Shown one piece after another: positions 8,978 to 22,682 of a stretch of DNA of 64,000 nucleotides (position 1 is the stretch's first letter; every line of letters begins with the position of its first letter). The DNA is from Candidatus Latescibacterota bacterium. Lineage in GTDB: Bacteria; Latescibacterota; UBA2968; UBA8231. The notes below the pieces were generated by a model. That model did not search any database and was not told where the DNA came from. It saw only the letters and a program-made list of their open reading frames with translations. Made by a program: the position numbers and the translations under genes. Where the stretch lies: positions 4,000,001-4,064,000 of the forward strand of contig OZ252098.1 of the NCBI GenBank assembly GCA_965248355.1. Reading direction: 5' to 3'.

Positions 8978-10351
8978 TCAGGCCACCCAGTAGGAGTAGA
9001 GCCGGGCGTTGACCAGGTGGAACCGGAGCCGCACCGGCCGCGGCGGCAGGCCCCCGGCTCCCCACCAGCGGACCGGCAGGTCGACGCCGTCCTCCTCGAC
9101 GGGGACGCAGCGGCCGGCGCCGTACCCCGGCAGGACGCGCTCCTCCTCGTCGAGCAGCTCCACCCGCAGCGACCCGTGGTCCGCCTTGGCGTTGACCCGC
9201 AGCCCGCCGCCCGCCAGCTCGAAGGGCCGCGTCGTCAGGCGGCCGCCATCGAAGCTGCCGGCCACCGAGGCGAAGCCGTCCAGGCGCAGGAAGGCCAGGC
9301 CGATGGACATCGTCCCCGGATGCTGGTCGGCGGTGATCCGGGGGTCGAACTCGCGCGGGATCTTGGCGTGCCGGCGGGGCGTGCCCCGGTAGTAGATGTG
9401 CAACCGGTCGCCCACGGCGATGGGGGGCGCTCCGGTGAGCATGATCTGGAAGCGGTCCCACTCGCCGATGCCGCCCAGCCCGACGAGGGGCTCGGCCGGC
9501 GCCCGGGTCCACCGTTCGCCGTCGCGGCTGGTCAGCAGCTGCAGGGTCTGGGTCTGCCGCAGGGGGTGCTTGTCGAAGTGGGTGAGAAAGCCCAGGTAGT
9601 GGGCGCCGCAGGGGAACCCGGTGTTGTTGTAGAGGGCCTCGAGCTCGTGCAGGGGCGCCAGGAAGGGCCGCGGCGGGCTCCAGGCGACGAAGTCGCGGCT
9701 GAAGCTCAGCAGGCGCTCGGGCTGGCCCCGCAGAAAGGCGACGTAGCGCCCGGCCTCGGTGTCGATCATCAGCGACTGGGCGTCGCCCACCGGACCCAGG
9801 TCGCCGGTGCCGGGCCGCGGGTGAAAGCGGAACAGGGGATCCGGCGAGTGCTCCCAGCGCCGGCCGTCGGTCGAGGTGGCGGAGTAGATGCCGGACCGCG
9901 GGCCCTCCCAGTCGCAGCTCGACCAGCCCAGGGCCTTGTAGCGGCGCTCCGGGTCCGGGTCGAGGGGGTCCTTCAGCATCGACTCCCAGTGGTCCTGGCC
10001 GTCGTGGTGGCTGGCCGGGATGACGATGTTGTTGCGCCTCGATCCCAGGGCCTCGTGCAGCCTCAGCTCGGGCCGCTCCCAGTGGATGCCGTCGGGGGAG
10101 GTGGCCAGGCACTGCACGTGGCCGCAGCCCTCCTCGTAGTGGCCGGCCATGTACCAGGCCTTGAAGAGGCCCTCCTCGTCGTCGAAGACCACCGACGCCG
10201 TCATCCCCGTGTGGCGTTCCCACGCCGCCTCCTGCCGCAGCACGGGCCCCGGGTGTTTGACGGCGGCGTGGAAGAGGCGCTCCACGTTCTCGGCCCCGTC
10301 CACGTCGTCCATGTCGACGAACAGGCGCTTGCGGTGATCGAGGGTCTGCAC
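8978..10351 (-). CDS. Hypothetical glycoside-hydrolase-like five-bladed beta-propeller protein
   Basis: Repeated S.DG..W Asp-box-like motifs, KRLFVD N-terminus, LRLDGF C-terminal motif; GTG start. Confidence 0.7.
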   Translation of the reverse strand: MQTLDHRKRLFVDMDDVDGAENVERLFHAAVKHPGPVLRQEAAWERHTGMTASVVFDDEEGLFKAWYMAGHYEEGCGHVQCLATSPDGIHWERPELRLHEALGSRRNNIVIPASHHDGQDHWESMLKDPLDPDPERRYKALGWSSCDWEGPRSGIYSATSTDGRRWEHSPDPLFRFHPRPGTGDLGPVGDAQSLMIDTEAGRYVAFLRGQPERLLSFSRDFVAWSPPRPFLAPLHELEALYNNTGFPCGAHYLGFLTHFDKHPLRQTQTLQLLTSRDGERWTRAPAEPLVGLGGIGEWDRFQIMLTGAPPIAVGDRLHIYYRGTPRRHAKIPREFDPRITADQHPGTMSIGLAFLRLDGFASVAGSFDGGRLTTRPFELAGGGLRVNAKADHGSLRVELLDEEERVLPGYGAGRCVPVEEDGVDLPVRWWGAGGLPPRPVRLRFHLVNARLYSYWVA

Positions 10352-10433
10352 GTTTCTGACAGTAGGACAATGCCCGTGGCATGGACAGCCGCATCGATTG
10401 CGGCCATCCATCCTCCCTTGCCGGAGCACCGCC

Positions 10434-11327
10434 GTGACCACCTTTCGGGTCGAGCGCCTCTCCCCCGGACCCATCATCCACGCCCGCCTCCCGGCTCTGG
10501 AGGGCCGGCGCGGTGCCAACATCAACGGGCCGGCCCTGATCCGCGTGCCCCCGTGGATCCGGCGGCCCCTGGGACGCTACTACCTCTACTTCGCCCACCA
10601 CCACGGCCACTACCTGCGCATGGCCTGGGCCAACGAGCTCACGGGGCCGTGGACGGTGTTCCCGGAGCCCGGCGTCCTGCACATGGATCAGGGCCCCGGC
10701 ATCGGGCACATCGCCAGCCCCGACGTGCACGTGGACACGGCGGAACGCCGGCTGCGCATGTACTTCCATCAGCCCACGGAGAGGGCCGGACAGCGGTCGT
10801 ACGCGGCCCTGTCCGAAGACGGCCTGCATTGGCAGGTGCGGTCCGTCGACCTGGGGCCGTCGTACTTCCGCGTGTTCCCTTACCACGGCCGATTCTACGC
10901 CTATGCGATGAGGCCGAGCCCGGGCGGCGGCCTGTTCCTGCGCTCCGTCGACGGGCTCACGGCCTTCGAGGAGGGGCCGGCCATCCTGCCCGGCTGCCGC
11001 CACGCCGCCGCCTGGGTCGAGGGCGGCACCCTGCACCTGTTCTTCTCCCGCAAGGGAGACTCGCCGGAGCGCATCCTCGTGTCGGCGGTGGACCTGACAA
11101 GGCCATGGGAGACCTGGCAGCCGGGTCCCGAGAGGCTGGTGCTGCGGCCGGAGCTGGACTGGGAGGGTGCGCGGGCCCCGGTCGAGCCGTCGAGCTCCGG
11201 CGCCGTGCGGGGGCTCGTGCACCAGCTGCGAGACCCCGGGATCTACGAGGAGGACGGCCGGCTCTACCTGCTGTACTCAGGCTCCGGCGAGCGGGCCCTG
11301 GGCATCGCCAGGCTGCACCGCGGCTGA
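10434..11327 (+). CDS. Hypothetical beta-propeller (GH43/GH130-like) protein
   Basis: NINGP, YYLYFAHH, HIASPDV, S.DGL, QLRDP motifs. Confidence 0.7.
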   Translation: MTTFRVERLSPGPIIHARLPALEGRRGANINGPALIRVPPWIRRPLGRYYLYFAHHHGHYLRMAWANELTGPWTVFPEPGVLHMDQGPGIGHIASPDVHVDTAERRLRMYFHQPTERAGQRSYAALSEDGLHWQVRSVDLGPSYFRVFPYHGRFYAYAMRPSPGGGLFLRSVDGLTAFEEGPAILPGCRHAAAWVEGGTLHLFFSRKGDSPERILVSAVDLTRPWETWQPGPERLVLRPELDWEGARAPVEPSSSGAVRGLVHQLRDPGIYEEDGRLYLLYSGSGERALGIARLHRG

Positions 11328-11343
11328 GCCTGGTGAGGTCCGG

Positions 11344-12123
11344 CTACTGGGCGGTGTAGCCGCCGTCCACGGGTATCGCCGCGGCCACGATGAAGCTCGC
11401 TTCGTCGGAAGCGAGAAAGGCGATGACCCGGGCGATCTCCTCCGGCTGCCCCATGCGTCCGAGGGGGTGGAGGCGCCGCATGGTGGCGTGGACCTCGGCG
11501 TCGCCGGTGACGTTGGCGGTGAGCGGCGTGTACACGAAGCCGGGACAGACGGCGTTGATGCGGATGCCCTCGGCTGCCAGCCGCACGCCCATGTCGCGGG
11601 TGAGCTGCACGATGGCCCCCTTGCTGTGCGGATAGGGGGTGAACCCGTCCGAGAAGGGCAGGGAGGTGGGATATCCCACCAGGCCCATGACGGAGGCGAG
11701 GTTGACGATGGCGCCGCCGCCCGTCCTGCGCATCTCCTTGACCGCGGCGTGGCACATGAGGAAGGTTCCACGGGCGTTGACCCGCATCACCGCGTCCCAG
11801 CGCTCGTCGAAGTCGGCGTCCGGATCGACGGTGCGCGGCGTGATGCCGGCGCTGTTCACGAGGATGTCCAGGCCGCCGAAGGCGCTCGCCGTCTCGGCCA
11901 CGATCCGTTCGCTGTCGGCGCGCTCGGCCACGTCGGCGCGGATCGTCCGCAGGCGGCCGGCGGGCGCCTCCACCTCCCCGGCCAGGGCCTCCAGGGCGCC
12001 GGGGTCGATGTCGGCGGCGGCGACGCGGGCCCCGTCCTCAAGGAAGCGGTGCACCGTGGCGCGGCCGATGCCCGACCCGGCGCCGGTGACGATGGCCGCC
12101 CTGTCCTCGAGCCTGTGAGTCAT
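11344..12123 (-). CDS. SDR family NAD(P)-dependent oxidoreductase
   Basis: TGAGSGIG, NSAG, YPHSK, NAVCPG. Confidence 0.93.
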   Translation of the reverse strand: MTHRLEDRAAIVTGAGSGIGRATVHRFLEDGARVAAADIDPGALEALAGEVEAPAGRLRTIRADVAERADSERIVAETASAFGGLDILVNSAGITPRTVDPDADFDERWDAVMRVNARGTFLMCHAAVKEMRRTGGGAIVNLASVMGLVGYPTSLPFSDGFTPYPHSKGAIVQLTRDMGVRLAAEGIRINAVCPGFVYTPLTANVTGDAEVHATMRRLHPLGRMGQPEEIARVIAFLASDEASFIVAAAIPVDGGYTAQ

Positions 12124-12230
12124 GGGCGCAAAGGTAGCCCGCCCGCACCCGTCAGTCAGAAAACGACGGCCGCACCGGGCCGCCGAAGGCCCGGCGCCAA
12201 CGGCCGTCCCCATTCGACAGGAGCTCCTCG

Positions 12231-13697
12231 ATGCGCTGCATCATGGTGATGTTCGACTCCCTCAACCGGCACATGCTGCCGCCCTGCAGCCCCGACACCT
12301 GGGTCCAGGCGCCCAACTTCCGCCGCCTCGCCGAGCGCGCCGCCACCTTCTCCACCAGCTACGTCTGCTCCATGCCGTGCATGCCGGCGCGCCGCGACCT
12401 GCACACGGGGCGGCCCAACTTCCTGCACTGTCCCTGGGGCCCCCTGGAGCCCTTCGACGACTCGGTGCCGCAGATGCTGCAGGAGGCCGGCGTCTACACC
12501 CACCTGTGCTCCGATCACTACCACTACTGGGAGGACGGCGGCGCCACCTACCACGGCCGCTACAGCTCCTGGGAGTTCTACCGCGGCCAGGAGGGAGACC
12601 CTCACATCGGCCAGGTCGCCGATCCCGAGGTGCCCGACAACCTCAACCAGAAGGGGCGGCGCAGCGACTGGGTCAACCGCCCCTTCCAGCGCCGCGAGGC
12701 CGACCTGCCCCAGAGCCGCACCTTCGACGCCGGGTGCCGCTTCATCGAGGCCAACGCCGGCCAGGACGACTGGTTCCTGCAGCTGGAGTGCTTCGACCCC
12801 CACGAGCCCTTCGTCAGCAACCGCCGCTACCAGGACCTCTACCCCTCCGACTACACCGGACCCCTCTTCGACTGGCCGTCGTACGGTCCCGTCCGCGAGA
12901 CCCCCGAGCAGGTGGCCGAGCTGCGCCGCAACTACGCCGCCCTCGTGTCCAAGTGCGACGCCAGCCTCGGCGACGTCCTCGACCTCATGGACCGGCACCG
13001 CATGTGGGAGGACACCATGCTCGTCCTGTGGACGGACCACGGCTTCCTGCTCGGCGAGCACGGCGGCTACGCCAAGAACTGGCCGCCCCTGTACGAAGAG
13101 CTGAGCCACACCCCGTTCTTCGTCTGGGATCCGCGCAGCCCGGAGGCGGCGGGACAGACCCGCGGCGCCCTGGTGCAGCCGGCCATCGACCTGGGGCCGA
13201 CGCTGCTGGGCCTCTTCGGCCAGGAGCCCACGCCCCGCATGCTGGGCCGCGACCTGGCCGGCGTCGTGGCCGAGGACCGGCCCGTGCGCGACGCCGCCAT
13301 CTTCGGCTACCACGGCAACCGCGTGAACGTCACCGACGGCCGCCACGTCTACTACCGGACCTGCCGCACCCCCGACAACCAGCCCCTGAACGCCTATACC
13401 CTCCTGCCCACGGCGATGCGCGGCTTCAAGGGCCGGCTGCCGGAGGCCGAGCTGGGCGACGCCTTCTCCTTCACCCGGGGGATGCGCCCGCTGCGTCTGC
13501 CGGCGGGAGGCAACATCTCCCAACCCGTGGAGGGCGACGTGGGCGACCTGCTCTACGACGTGCAGGCCGATCCGCGGCAGCAGAATCCCCTTGACGATCC
13601 GGACGTGGTGGAGCGGCTCAGCGGCCGCATGGCGGAGCTCATGGCCGAGTGCGATGCCCCGGAAGAGCAGTTCGAGCGCATGGGGCTGAGGCGCTGA
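12231..13697 (+). CDS. Sulfatase (Cys-type, formylglycine-dependent)
   Basis: CMPAR motif, FDSLNR, DPHEPF, TDHG. Confidence 0.92.
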   Translation: MRCIMVMFDSLNRHMLPPCSPDTWVQAPNFRRLAERAATFSTSYVCSMPCMPARRDLHTGRPNFLHCPWGPLEPFDDSVPQMLQEAGVYTHLCSDHYHYWEDGGATYHGRYSSWEFYRGQEGDPHIGQVADPEVPDNLNQKGRRSDWVNRPFQRREADLPQSRTFDAGCRFIEANAGQDDWFLQLECFDPHEPFVSNRRYQDLYPSDYTGPLFDWPSYGPVRETPEQVAELRRNYAALVSKCDASLGDVLDLMDRHRMWEDTMLVLWTDHGFLLGEHGGYAKNWPPLYEELSHTPFFVWDPRSPEAAGQTRGALVQPAIDLGPTLLGLFGQEPTPRMLGRDLAGVVAEDRPVRDAAIFGYHGNRVNVTDGRHVYYRTCRTPDNQPLNAYTLLPTAMRGFKGRLPEAELGDAFSFTRGMRPLRLPAGGNISQPVEGDVGDLLYDVQADPRQQNPLDDPDVVERLSGRMAELMAECDAPEEQFERMGLRR

Positions 13698-13733
13698 GCC
13701 CTCGCCCGGACGGATGGACCGGGCTCGGCTCAG
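13695..13733. terminator. Probable bidirectional hairpin terminator
   Basis: ctgagcc..gcccgg....ccgggc..ggctcag inverted repeat between convergent genes. Confidence 0.5.
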
Positions 13734-14305
13734 CCCCCCTCGGCGATCATGGTCTCGGCCAGGGCGAAGCAGCAGGAGGAGCGGGGCCTGCCGAGCGTCG
13801 GGGCCCAGATGTCGCGCAGGTAGGGCCCGCCTCCCACGTCCCGCCCGTCGAGCTCGATCGAGCCGCCGCCGGCGAAGACCAGGACCGTGAAGACGATGCG
13901 CGGGTGGGCGGTGGGCGGTCCCACGAGGGGCGGGTCCAGGTCCCGCCAGGAGACGGCGATGCGGCGGTCGGCAGCGAGGATCTCCCAGACCGGCTCGGTG
14001 CGCATGTCGCCGCCCGGGGACAGACGGGCGTCGATGACGGCCATGCCGCGGTCGAAGGGCGAGGACGGGACGACCTGCGTCTGGCGCACGAACTCGGCGA
14101 AGTCACGGTTGTCCGTGCACAGACCGGTGAACCCGTCGCCGCCGGGGATCTGCACGAAGGCGGCGGTGCCGGCGCCGGCGGGCGACGTGTCGCCGCGGTA
14201 GAGACTGACCATGCCGGTGTGGTCCGGCCGCCCGGGCCGGCGCAGGTAGGCGATCCAGTGCTGGCCCGACCAGAGCAGGCCGCCGCGGGACAGGGAAGCG
14301 GGCAT
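13730..14305 (-). CDS. Hypothetical protein
   Basis: 191-aa ORF with protein-like composition filling the gap; TAGCCT -10 element 8 nt before ATG. Confidence 0.7.
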   Translation of the reverse strand: MPASLSRGGLLWSGQHWIAYLRRPGRPDHTGMVSLYRGDTSPAGAGTAAFVQIPGGDGFTGLCTDNRDFAEFVRQTQVVPSSPFDRGMAVIDARLSPGGDMRTEPVWEILAADRRIAVSWRDLDPPLVGPPTAHPRIVFTVLVFAGGGSIELDGRDVGGGPYLRDIWAPTLGRPRSSCCFALAETMIAEGG

Positions 14306-14382
14306 GGGCGGACAGGCTATCCCGGCGCCCGGGGCCGGTCAAGCTCGTTTGACATCCGCAAGGGCCGCGTTCTTCGTACGCC

Positions 14383-14412
14383 GGCTCGACACTTCCAGGC
14401 TCGACACTTCCA
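14383..14412 (+). repeat. Perfect 15-bp tandem repeat (ggctcgacacttcca x2) in the acnA leader
   Basis: 14383-14397 equals 14398-14412; TTGACA at 14349. Confidence 0.9.
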
Positions 14413-14429
14413 ATGGACAAGGGATTCCC

Positions 14430-17111
<2,682 letters not shown>

Positions 17112-17125
17112 GCTTCGGCTCGACG

Positions 17126-18303
17126 ATGGCCAACCCCAACGTCCAGCCCCTCGCCCAGGACTTCGCCATCGCCGCCCGCGTGCCCGACCCCGGGAGGTAC
17201 TTCTTCCACGACCCGGACATGACCCGCCTCGACGACGGCACGCTGCTGATCGCGGCCCCCGAGTGGGGCCGTCCCGGCCGCGGCACGGGCCGCCACCTGC
17301 GGATGCTGCGCAGCTCCGACGGCGGCGCGACCTGGGAGGAGCTGCCGGCCCTGCCCTACGAGGAGGGGACGCCCCTCGTCCTCGACGGGGAGCTCTACCT
17401 CTTCGCCCAGGAGACCTGCCACAAGGATGTCCTCATCGCCCACAGCCGCGACCGGGGGCGGACCTGGTCCGAACCGGTGCGGGTCCTCGAGGGGCCCCTG
17501 TGGAACATCTCCACGGCCATGCTGCTCAGGCCCGATTGCGTCTACTGGTGCATGGACCGCGACCTGCCCGACCGCACCCACGGAGGCAAGGTGATGGTCC
17601 GCATCGACCGGAGGAAGTCGCCCCTGGACCCCGCCGCCTGGAGCCTGTCCAACATCGTCGAGGCGCCCCCTCTGCCCGCCTCCCTGACGCGGGGCCTCTA
17701 TCCCGAAGGGCAACGGGCCGACCTGAACCGCGGCTGGCCGGACCCCCTCGTCTGGCTGGAGCCCAACACCGTGGAGGTCGGCTCCCGGATCCGGGTGTTC
17801 ACCCGCTGCGTCATCGACGAGTACGCCACTGCCAACGGCGCCGCCGTCCTCGACTACGATCCGGAGGCGAACCGGCTCGCCTTCACCCAGTTCGCCGGCT
17901 GGCCGGGCGCCCAGTGCAAGTTCTACCTGATCCACGACCGGGAGAGCCGTATGTACTGGATGCTGAGCAACCTGGCCACGAACTCCCAGGACCTGCTCGG
18001 GTGGGGGGCGCGCATGCGCGAGACGGGCTACCACGGAGGCCCCGGCAACGAGCGCCGGTGGCTGTTCCTGCACTACGGCGTCGACTGCCTCAACTGGTTC
18101 CCCGCCGGCTGCGTGGCGCGCTGGCCGGACAGCGTCCACCGCAGCTTCATGTACCCGAGCGCCGTCGTCGACGGCGACGACTTGGTCGTCCTGTCGCGCA
18201 CGACCCGCGACTCGGGGGACCAGCACGACGCCGACCTGTGCACCGTCCACCGGGTGCGCGGCTTCCGCGCCCTGGCCATGGACCTGCACCGCGGCGGCCT
18301 GGC

Positions 18304-18307
<4 letters not shown>
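17126..18307 (+). CDS. Hypothetical BNR/sialidase-like protein
   Basis: SSDGGATW and SRDRGRTW Asp-boxes. Confidence 0.7.
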
Positions 18308-19425
<1,118 letters not shown>

Positions 19426-19487
19426 AAGGACACCGGGGCCTTCGAAGGGACCCTGGAGGCGTCGAACCGGGAAGGGACAATGATCCA

Positions 19488-19524
19488 TTGACGCGGCGGC
19501 CAAACGTAGTCTATATTGGACTAC
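19488..19524 (+). promoter_or_regulatory. Putative sigma70 promoter with palindromic operator for vapBC
   Basis: TTGACG at 19488, TATATT at 19512; gtagtc-N7-gactac inverted repeat (19506-19524) straddles the -10. Confidence 0.6.
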
Positions 19525-19547
19525 AATGACAACCAGATAGCGGAGCT

Positions 19548-19832
19548 ATGACCGCCCGACACTCAGAATCCCACCGCGTTTGGACCGTCGCCGAGGCCAA
19601 GGCGCGTTTGTCCGAAGTCCTGCGTCGCGCCGAAGAGGAAGGGCCTCAACATATCGGCAGGCGAAAATCCTTCGTTGTAGTCCCCGCCCACGTATGGGCC
19701 GAGAAAGAGTCGCAGCGCCAACCCATGGGCCAGTGGTTGGTAGCCAACATGCCCCGTGGCGCGAACCTCGAGATCACCAGAAATAGAGAATCCCGGCGGG
19801 AAATCCCATTCGCGTCTGAAGACACAGGGTGA
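19548..19832 (+). CDS. Phd/YefM family antitoxin
   Basis: WTVAEAKARLSEVLRRA...PQ.I; overlaps the toxin start (GTGA). Confidence 0.9.
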   Translation: MTARHSESHRVWTVAEAKARLSEVLRRAEEEGPQHIGRRKSFVVVPAHVWAEKESQRQPMGQWLVANMPRGANLEITRNRESRREIPFASEDTG

Positions 19833-20248
19833 GCGGGTTTCTTCTGGACACCAATGTGGTCTCGGAGTTGACAAAAGACGCGCCAAATCCGCGGGTTCTC
19901 GCATTCCTGACCGAACAAGACGACTTGTGGTTATCCGCGATAGTGTTGCATGAGCTGGAGTTCGGCTTGCAACTGCTGCCGCCGGGACAACGTCGCGACG
20001 GGTTGCGGTCGGTGCTGTCAGAGTTCATTTCGGCGTATGAGGACCGCATCCTGCCCTTGGAGAGGACGGGGGCGGAGCGGGCTGCCCAATTCCGGGCGCA
20101 GGCGCATCGCTCCGGTCGCGTGCTGGACTTGGGGGATGCGCTGATCGCCGGGACAGCCAAAGGTCATGGCCTCTCTGTTGCGACGCGGAACGTCGGGGAC
20201 TTCGCGGATCTGGCCGTCGGCGTCACCAACCCATGGGAGACGCCTTGA
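19829..20248 (+). CDS. vapC: VapC/FitB PIN-domain toxin
   Basis: LLDTNVVSE, EL..G, DALIAGTA, ATRN..DF, NPW. Confidence 0.93.
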   Translation: MSGFLLDTNVVSELTKDAPNPRVLAFLTEQDDLWLSAIVLHELEFGLQLLPPGQRRDGLRSVLSEFISAYEDRILPLERTGAERAAQFRAQAHRSGRVLDLGDALIAGTAKGHGLSVATRNVGDFADLAVGVTNPWETP

Positions 20249-20257
20249 CTACCCTAC

Positions 20258-20553
20258 ACGGGGGGCCTCGCCATCGTCGCCGGCACGCCCAGGCTCGAGG
20301 CGGCGCGCAGGTTCGTCCACTTCGCCTCCACGGCCCGGCCATCGCCGACGTGGGCCGCTACATCGCCTACGGCCCCACGCGCCGCTCGGCCATGACCCTG
20401 ATCTACACCCACGCCGAGAAGGGCGTGGAGATGAATCCCCACATGCCCACGAGCGAGCAGAATGCCAGGCGCGCCCTGCACAACAACTGGGAGTGGTGGA
20501 GCGACCACGGCGACGAGATGAACGAGCGTTTCAGCACCTGGCTGGCTCGGTAG
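20258..20553 (+). repeat. Copy 2 (longer, frameshifted) of PotD-like gene 3' tail
   Basis: GGLAIVAGTPRLEAARRFVHFAST, then a -1 slip near 20337, then the 207-bp core 20347-20553. Confidence 0.93.
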
Positions 20554-20638
20554 CGAGGAGAGGGTTGATAGCGATGCTCATTGTGCCTGACAGGCTGATC
20601 GACGCTACCTTCAATGCTATGCCGGAGGACACCCGATA

Positions 20639-21052
20639 GTGCGCGCCCCTCGACGCAGGCGGCCTCGAAAACGGGACCTTTGCGTGCCACCCGGCACCCA
20701 CCTGCACAGCTTGGCCGAGCGGGTCCGGTACGAAGGCAGCCCGGAACACAAGGATTTTCCCAGTTTTGCGGGGCAGCCCCGCCTGCGGAGTGACGCTTCC
20801 TGTTGCCCCCGGGAAATCAAGGACCAAGAGGTGGTCTGTGAATGGCTGCGCAGTGCTATTCGCAGGGGCGCCACGGGAGCACCTTGGGAGGGAAGCTTCC
20901 CACGCTACGTGTGGTACAAGCACGGGGGCATGGTCTTTGAGGGCCGGCTTGTGAACCGGGGAACGGGATCCTACAAGGGCTACCCGCTCGACAGGGAGGA
21001 GTGGCCGGACGGGATCGAGGAGATCTATGCAGAAGCTCAAGTTCGAGATTGA
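20639..21052 (+). CDS. Small hypothetical protein, candidate toxin
   Basis: GGAGG before GTG; Y.GSPEHK...CP...FPRYVW...YKGYPL; overlaps the next gene by 26 nt. Confidence 0.7.
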   Translation: MRAPRRRRPRKRDLCVPPGTHLHSLAERVRYEGSPEHKDFPSFAGQPRLRSDASCCPREIKDQEVVCEWLRSAIRRGATGAPWEGSFPRYVWYKHGGMVFEGRLVNRGTGSYKGYPLDREEWPDGIEEIYAEAQVRD

Positions 21053-22364
21053 CTGGGTTGATGCGGAGGGGGTCAATGGAGCGGAGCTATCCGCGACCTG
21101 GGCGTCTTTACGAATCGGTGCCGGAGACTCGGTCGTTACCCGCGTACTCGACGCACGGGCGAAGACGGTGCGCGACTTCGTGTACGTCCCGCTGTATCCA
21201 CTGGCGGAGTGGTTGGCGACGAACTGGTGGTTCCTGACACGGGAAGTCAACAATCCGGCCAAGGAAGACGATCGCGGCTTTCGTCGCCGGCATGTGCTGA
21301 GCGCCGGGCGGGAGGGGTATGCGTTTCCCGACCTGGAAATGTTCTCCTCAGGTCGATGGACCCATCTTGCCTGGAAGAGAGGACCGTCCCCATGGACCAG
21401 CGTCGAGTTCCTGGGCCAGGGGGAAATTCGGATCGACGGCAGTGAGTTCCGGGAAACCTGTGCCGGTGTCGTCGATCAAGTGATTCGGCGGCTCGTATCT
21501 CTGGGGATCGAGGAGACCTTCCTGGAACAGGAATGGAACGCGATTCAGGAGGCGGATGGAGACGAGTCCGAGTTCTGCGCGCTCGCGGCCGGGCTTGGTT
21601 GGGATCCGTACGCCCTCGATGACGAGAAGCGAGCACTGGTGCTTGAACTCGCTGAGAGGTTGAGCGGGGTAGTGCTCGAAGAGGCGGTAGCCGCACTCGA
21701 TGGCGGGATGCTTCTTGAGGGTTGCTCCGCCATCACCGGGGCCATGACCGAGGCCAGGTCCAACGGCCTTCTCCTGGAGCGGTTCGCGCCGATTCATCGA
21801 CAGGTCGGTCCGGAAGAAGCTTCGAGTCTCCATCCCTGGCAAGCAGGCTATGACCTGGCGCGGCGGCTTCGGGGGGCACTGGAACTCGACGGCGGTGCCC
21901 TGCCCGCCCTGCCTCAACTGGCAGAAGTCATCGGCGAGGATCCGGAAGTGGTGAACCGAGTAACCAAGCCGGTAGATCTGCAGGGGGCGACGCTGGTGGA
22001 CGGCGTTGTGACCCGGGACGAAGACCACAACCCGGCCTTTGGCTTCCGTCGGTTTGGAGAGCGAAGCAGACGCTTCCACTTCTGCCGCGCCTTGGCGGAG
22101 GTGCTGGCATCACCTGGCACGGATACGCTGCTCACGAGAGCGAACTCCGGGCGGCAACAGCGCAATCGCGCCTTCGCGGCCGAGTTCCTGGCGCCAGCGT
22201 CCGGCTTGCGGGCGAGGATATCCGGCCGAGCAGTGGACGGTGACGAAATGGACGAGTTGGCCGATGAGTTCGGTGTTTCTTCGCTGGTCATCGAACATCA
22301 AGTCCAGAACCATGGCATAGCCTGGGTACTGCCCCATCGCTTCGGCGATCCCGAAGCCAAGTGA
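21027..22364 (+). CDS. ImmA/IrrE (DUF955)-like protein with degenerate metallopeptidase motif and long unknown N-terminus
   Basis: RRFHFCRALAE in place of RFxxAHELGH; QQRNRAFAAEFLAP; ELADEFGVS C-terminal HTH-like motif. Confidence 0.75.
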   Translation: MQKLKFEIDWVDAEGVNGAELSATWASLRIGAGDSVVTRVLDARAKTVRDFVYVPLYPLAEWLATNWWFLTREVNNPAKEDDRGFRRRHVLSAGREGYAFPDLEMFSSGRWTHLAWKRGPSPWTSVEFLGQGEIRIDGSEFRETCAGVVDQVIRRLVSLGIEETFLEQEWNAIQEADGDESEFCALAAGLGWDPYALDDEKRALVLELAERLSGVVLEEAVAALDGGMLLEGCSAITGAMTEARSNGLLLERFAPIHRQVGPEEASSLHPWQAGYDLARRLRGALELDGGALPALPQLAEVIGEDPEVVNRVTKPVDLQGATLVDGVVTRDEDHNPAFGFRRFGERSRRFHFCRALAEVLASPGTDTLLTRANSGRQQRNRAFAAEFLAPASGLRARISGRAVDGDEMDELADEFGVSSLVIEHQVQNHGIAWVLPHRFGDPEAK

Positions 22365-22388
22365 GGGTTTCAGTCCGGGGAAGGCTTC

Positions 22389-22610
22389 GCCCGGGCCATC
22401 GCCGACGTGGGCCGCTACATCGCCTACAGCCCCACGCGCAACTCGGCCATGGCCCTGATCTCCACCCACGCAGAGAAGGGCGTGGACATGAACCCCCACA
22501 TGCCCAAGAGCGAGCAGAATGCCAGGCGAGCCCTGCACAACAACTGGGAATGGTGGAGCGACCACGGCGACGAGATGAACGAGCGCTTCAGCACCTGGCT
22601 GGCTCGGTGA
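22389..22610 (+). repeat. Copy 3 of PotD-like gene 3' tail
   Basis: 207-bp core 22404-22610; 14 differences from copy 2 by manual count. Confidence 0.95.
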
Positions 22611-22623
22611 GCCCCATGGAATC

Positions 22624-22676
22624 TTGACAAAGAAACGCTCCTTTCCTAAGCATCGGCCTTAGGAAAGGAGCGTTTC
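22624..22676 (+). promoter_or_regulatory. TTGACA promoter with perfect 19-bp inverted repeat covering the Fic Shine-Dalgarno
   Basis: gaaacgctcctttcctaag (22632-22650), loop catcggc, cttaggaaaggagcgtttc (22658-22676). Confidence 0.85.
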
Positions 22677-22682
22677 CCAGTC

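Noticed and set aside
3444..11222. 2592-aa ORF and other very long Arg/Pro/Gly-rich ORFs in the track (e.g. 13649-17005, 14103-16961, 57425-60616)
   Set aside because: Shadow or antisense frames of real genes in high-GC DNA; only the terminal segments noted in features look like real proteins.
20233..20553. 106-aa and 67-aa (22407-22610) ORFs as independent genes
   Set aside because: They are the repeated substrate-binding-gene tails and lack credible starts or an RBS.
20574..20639. 21-codon ORF MLIVPDRLIDATFNAMPEDTR
   Set aside because: Too short, with no recognisable motif; may simply be the leader of the 20639 gene.
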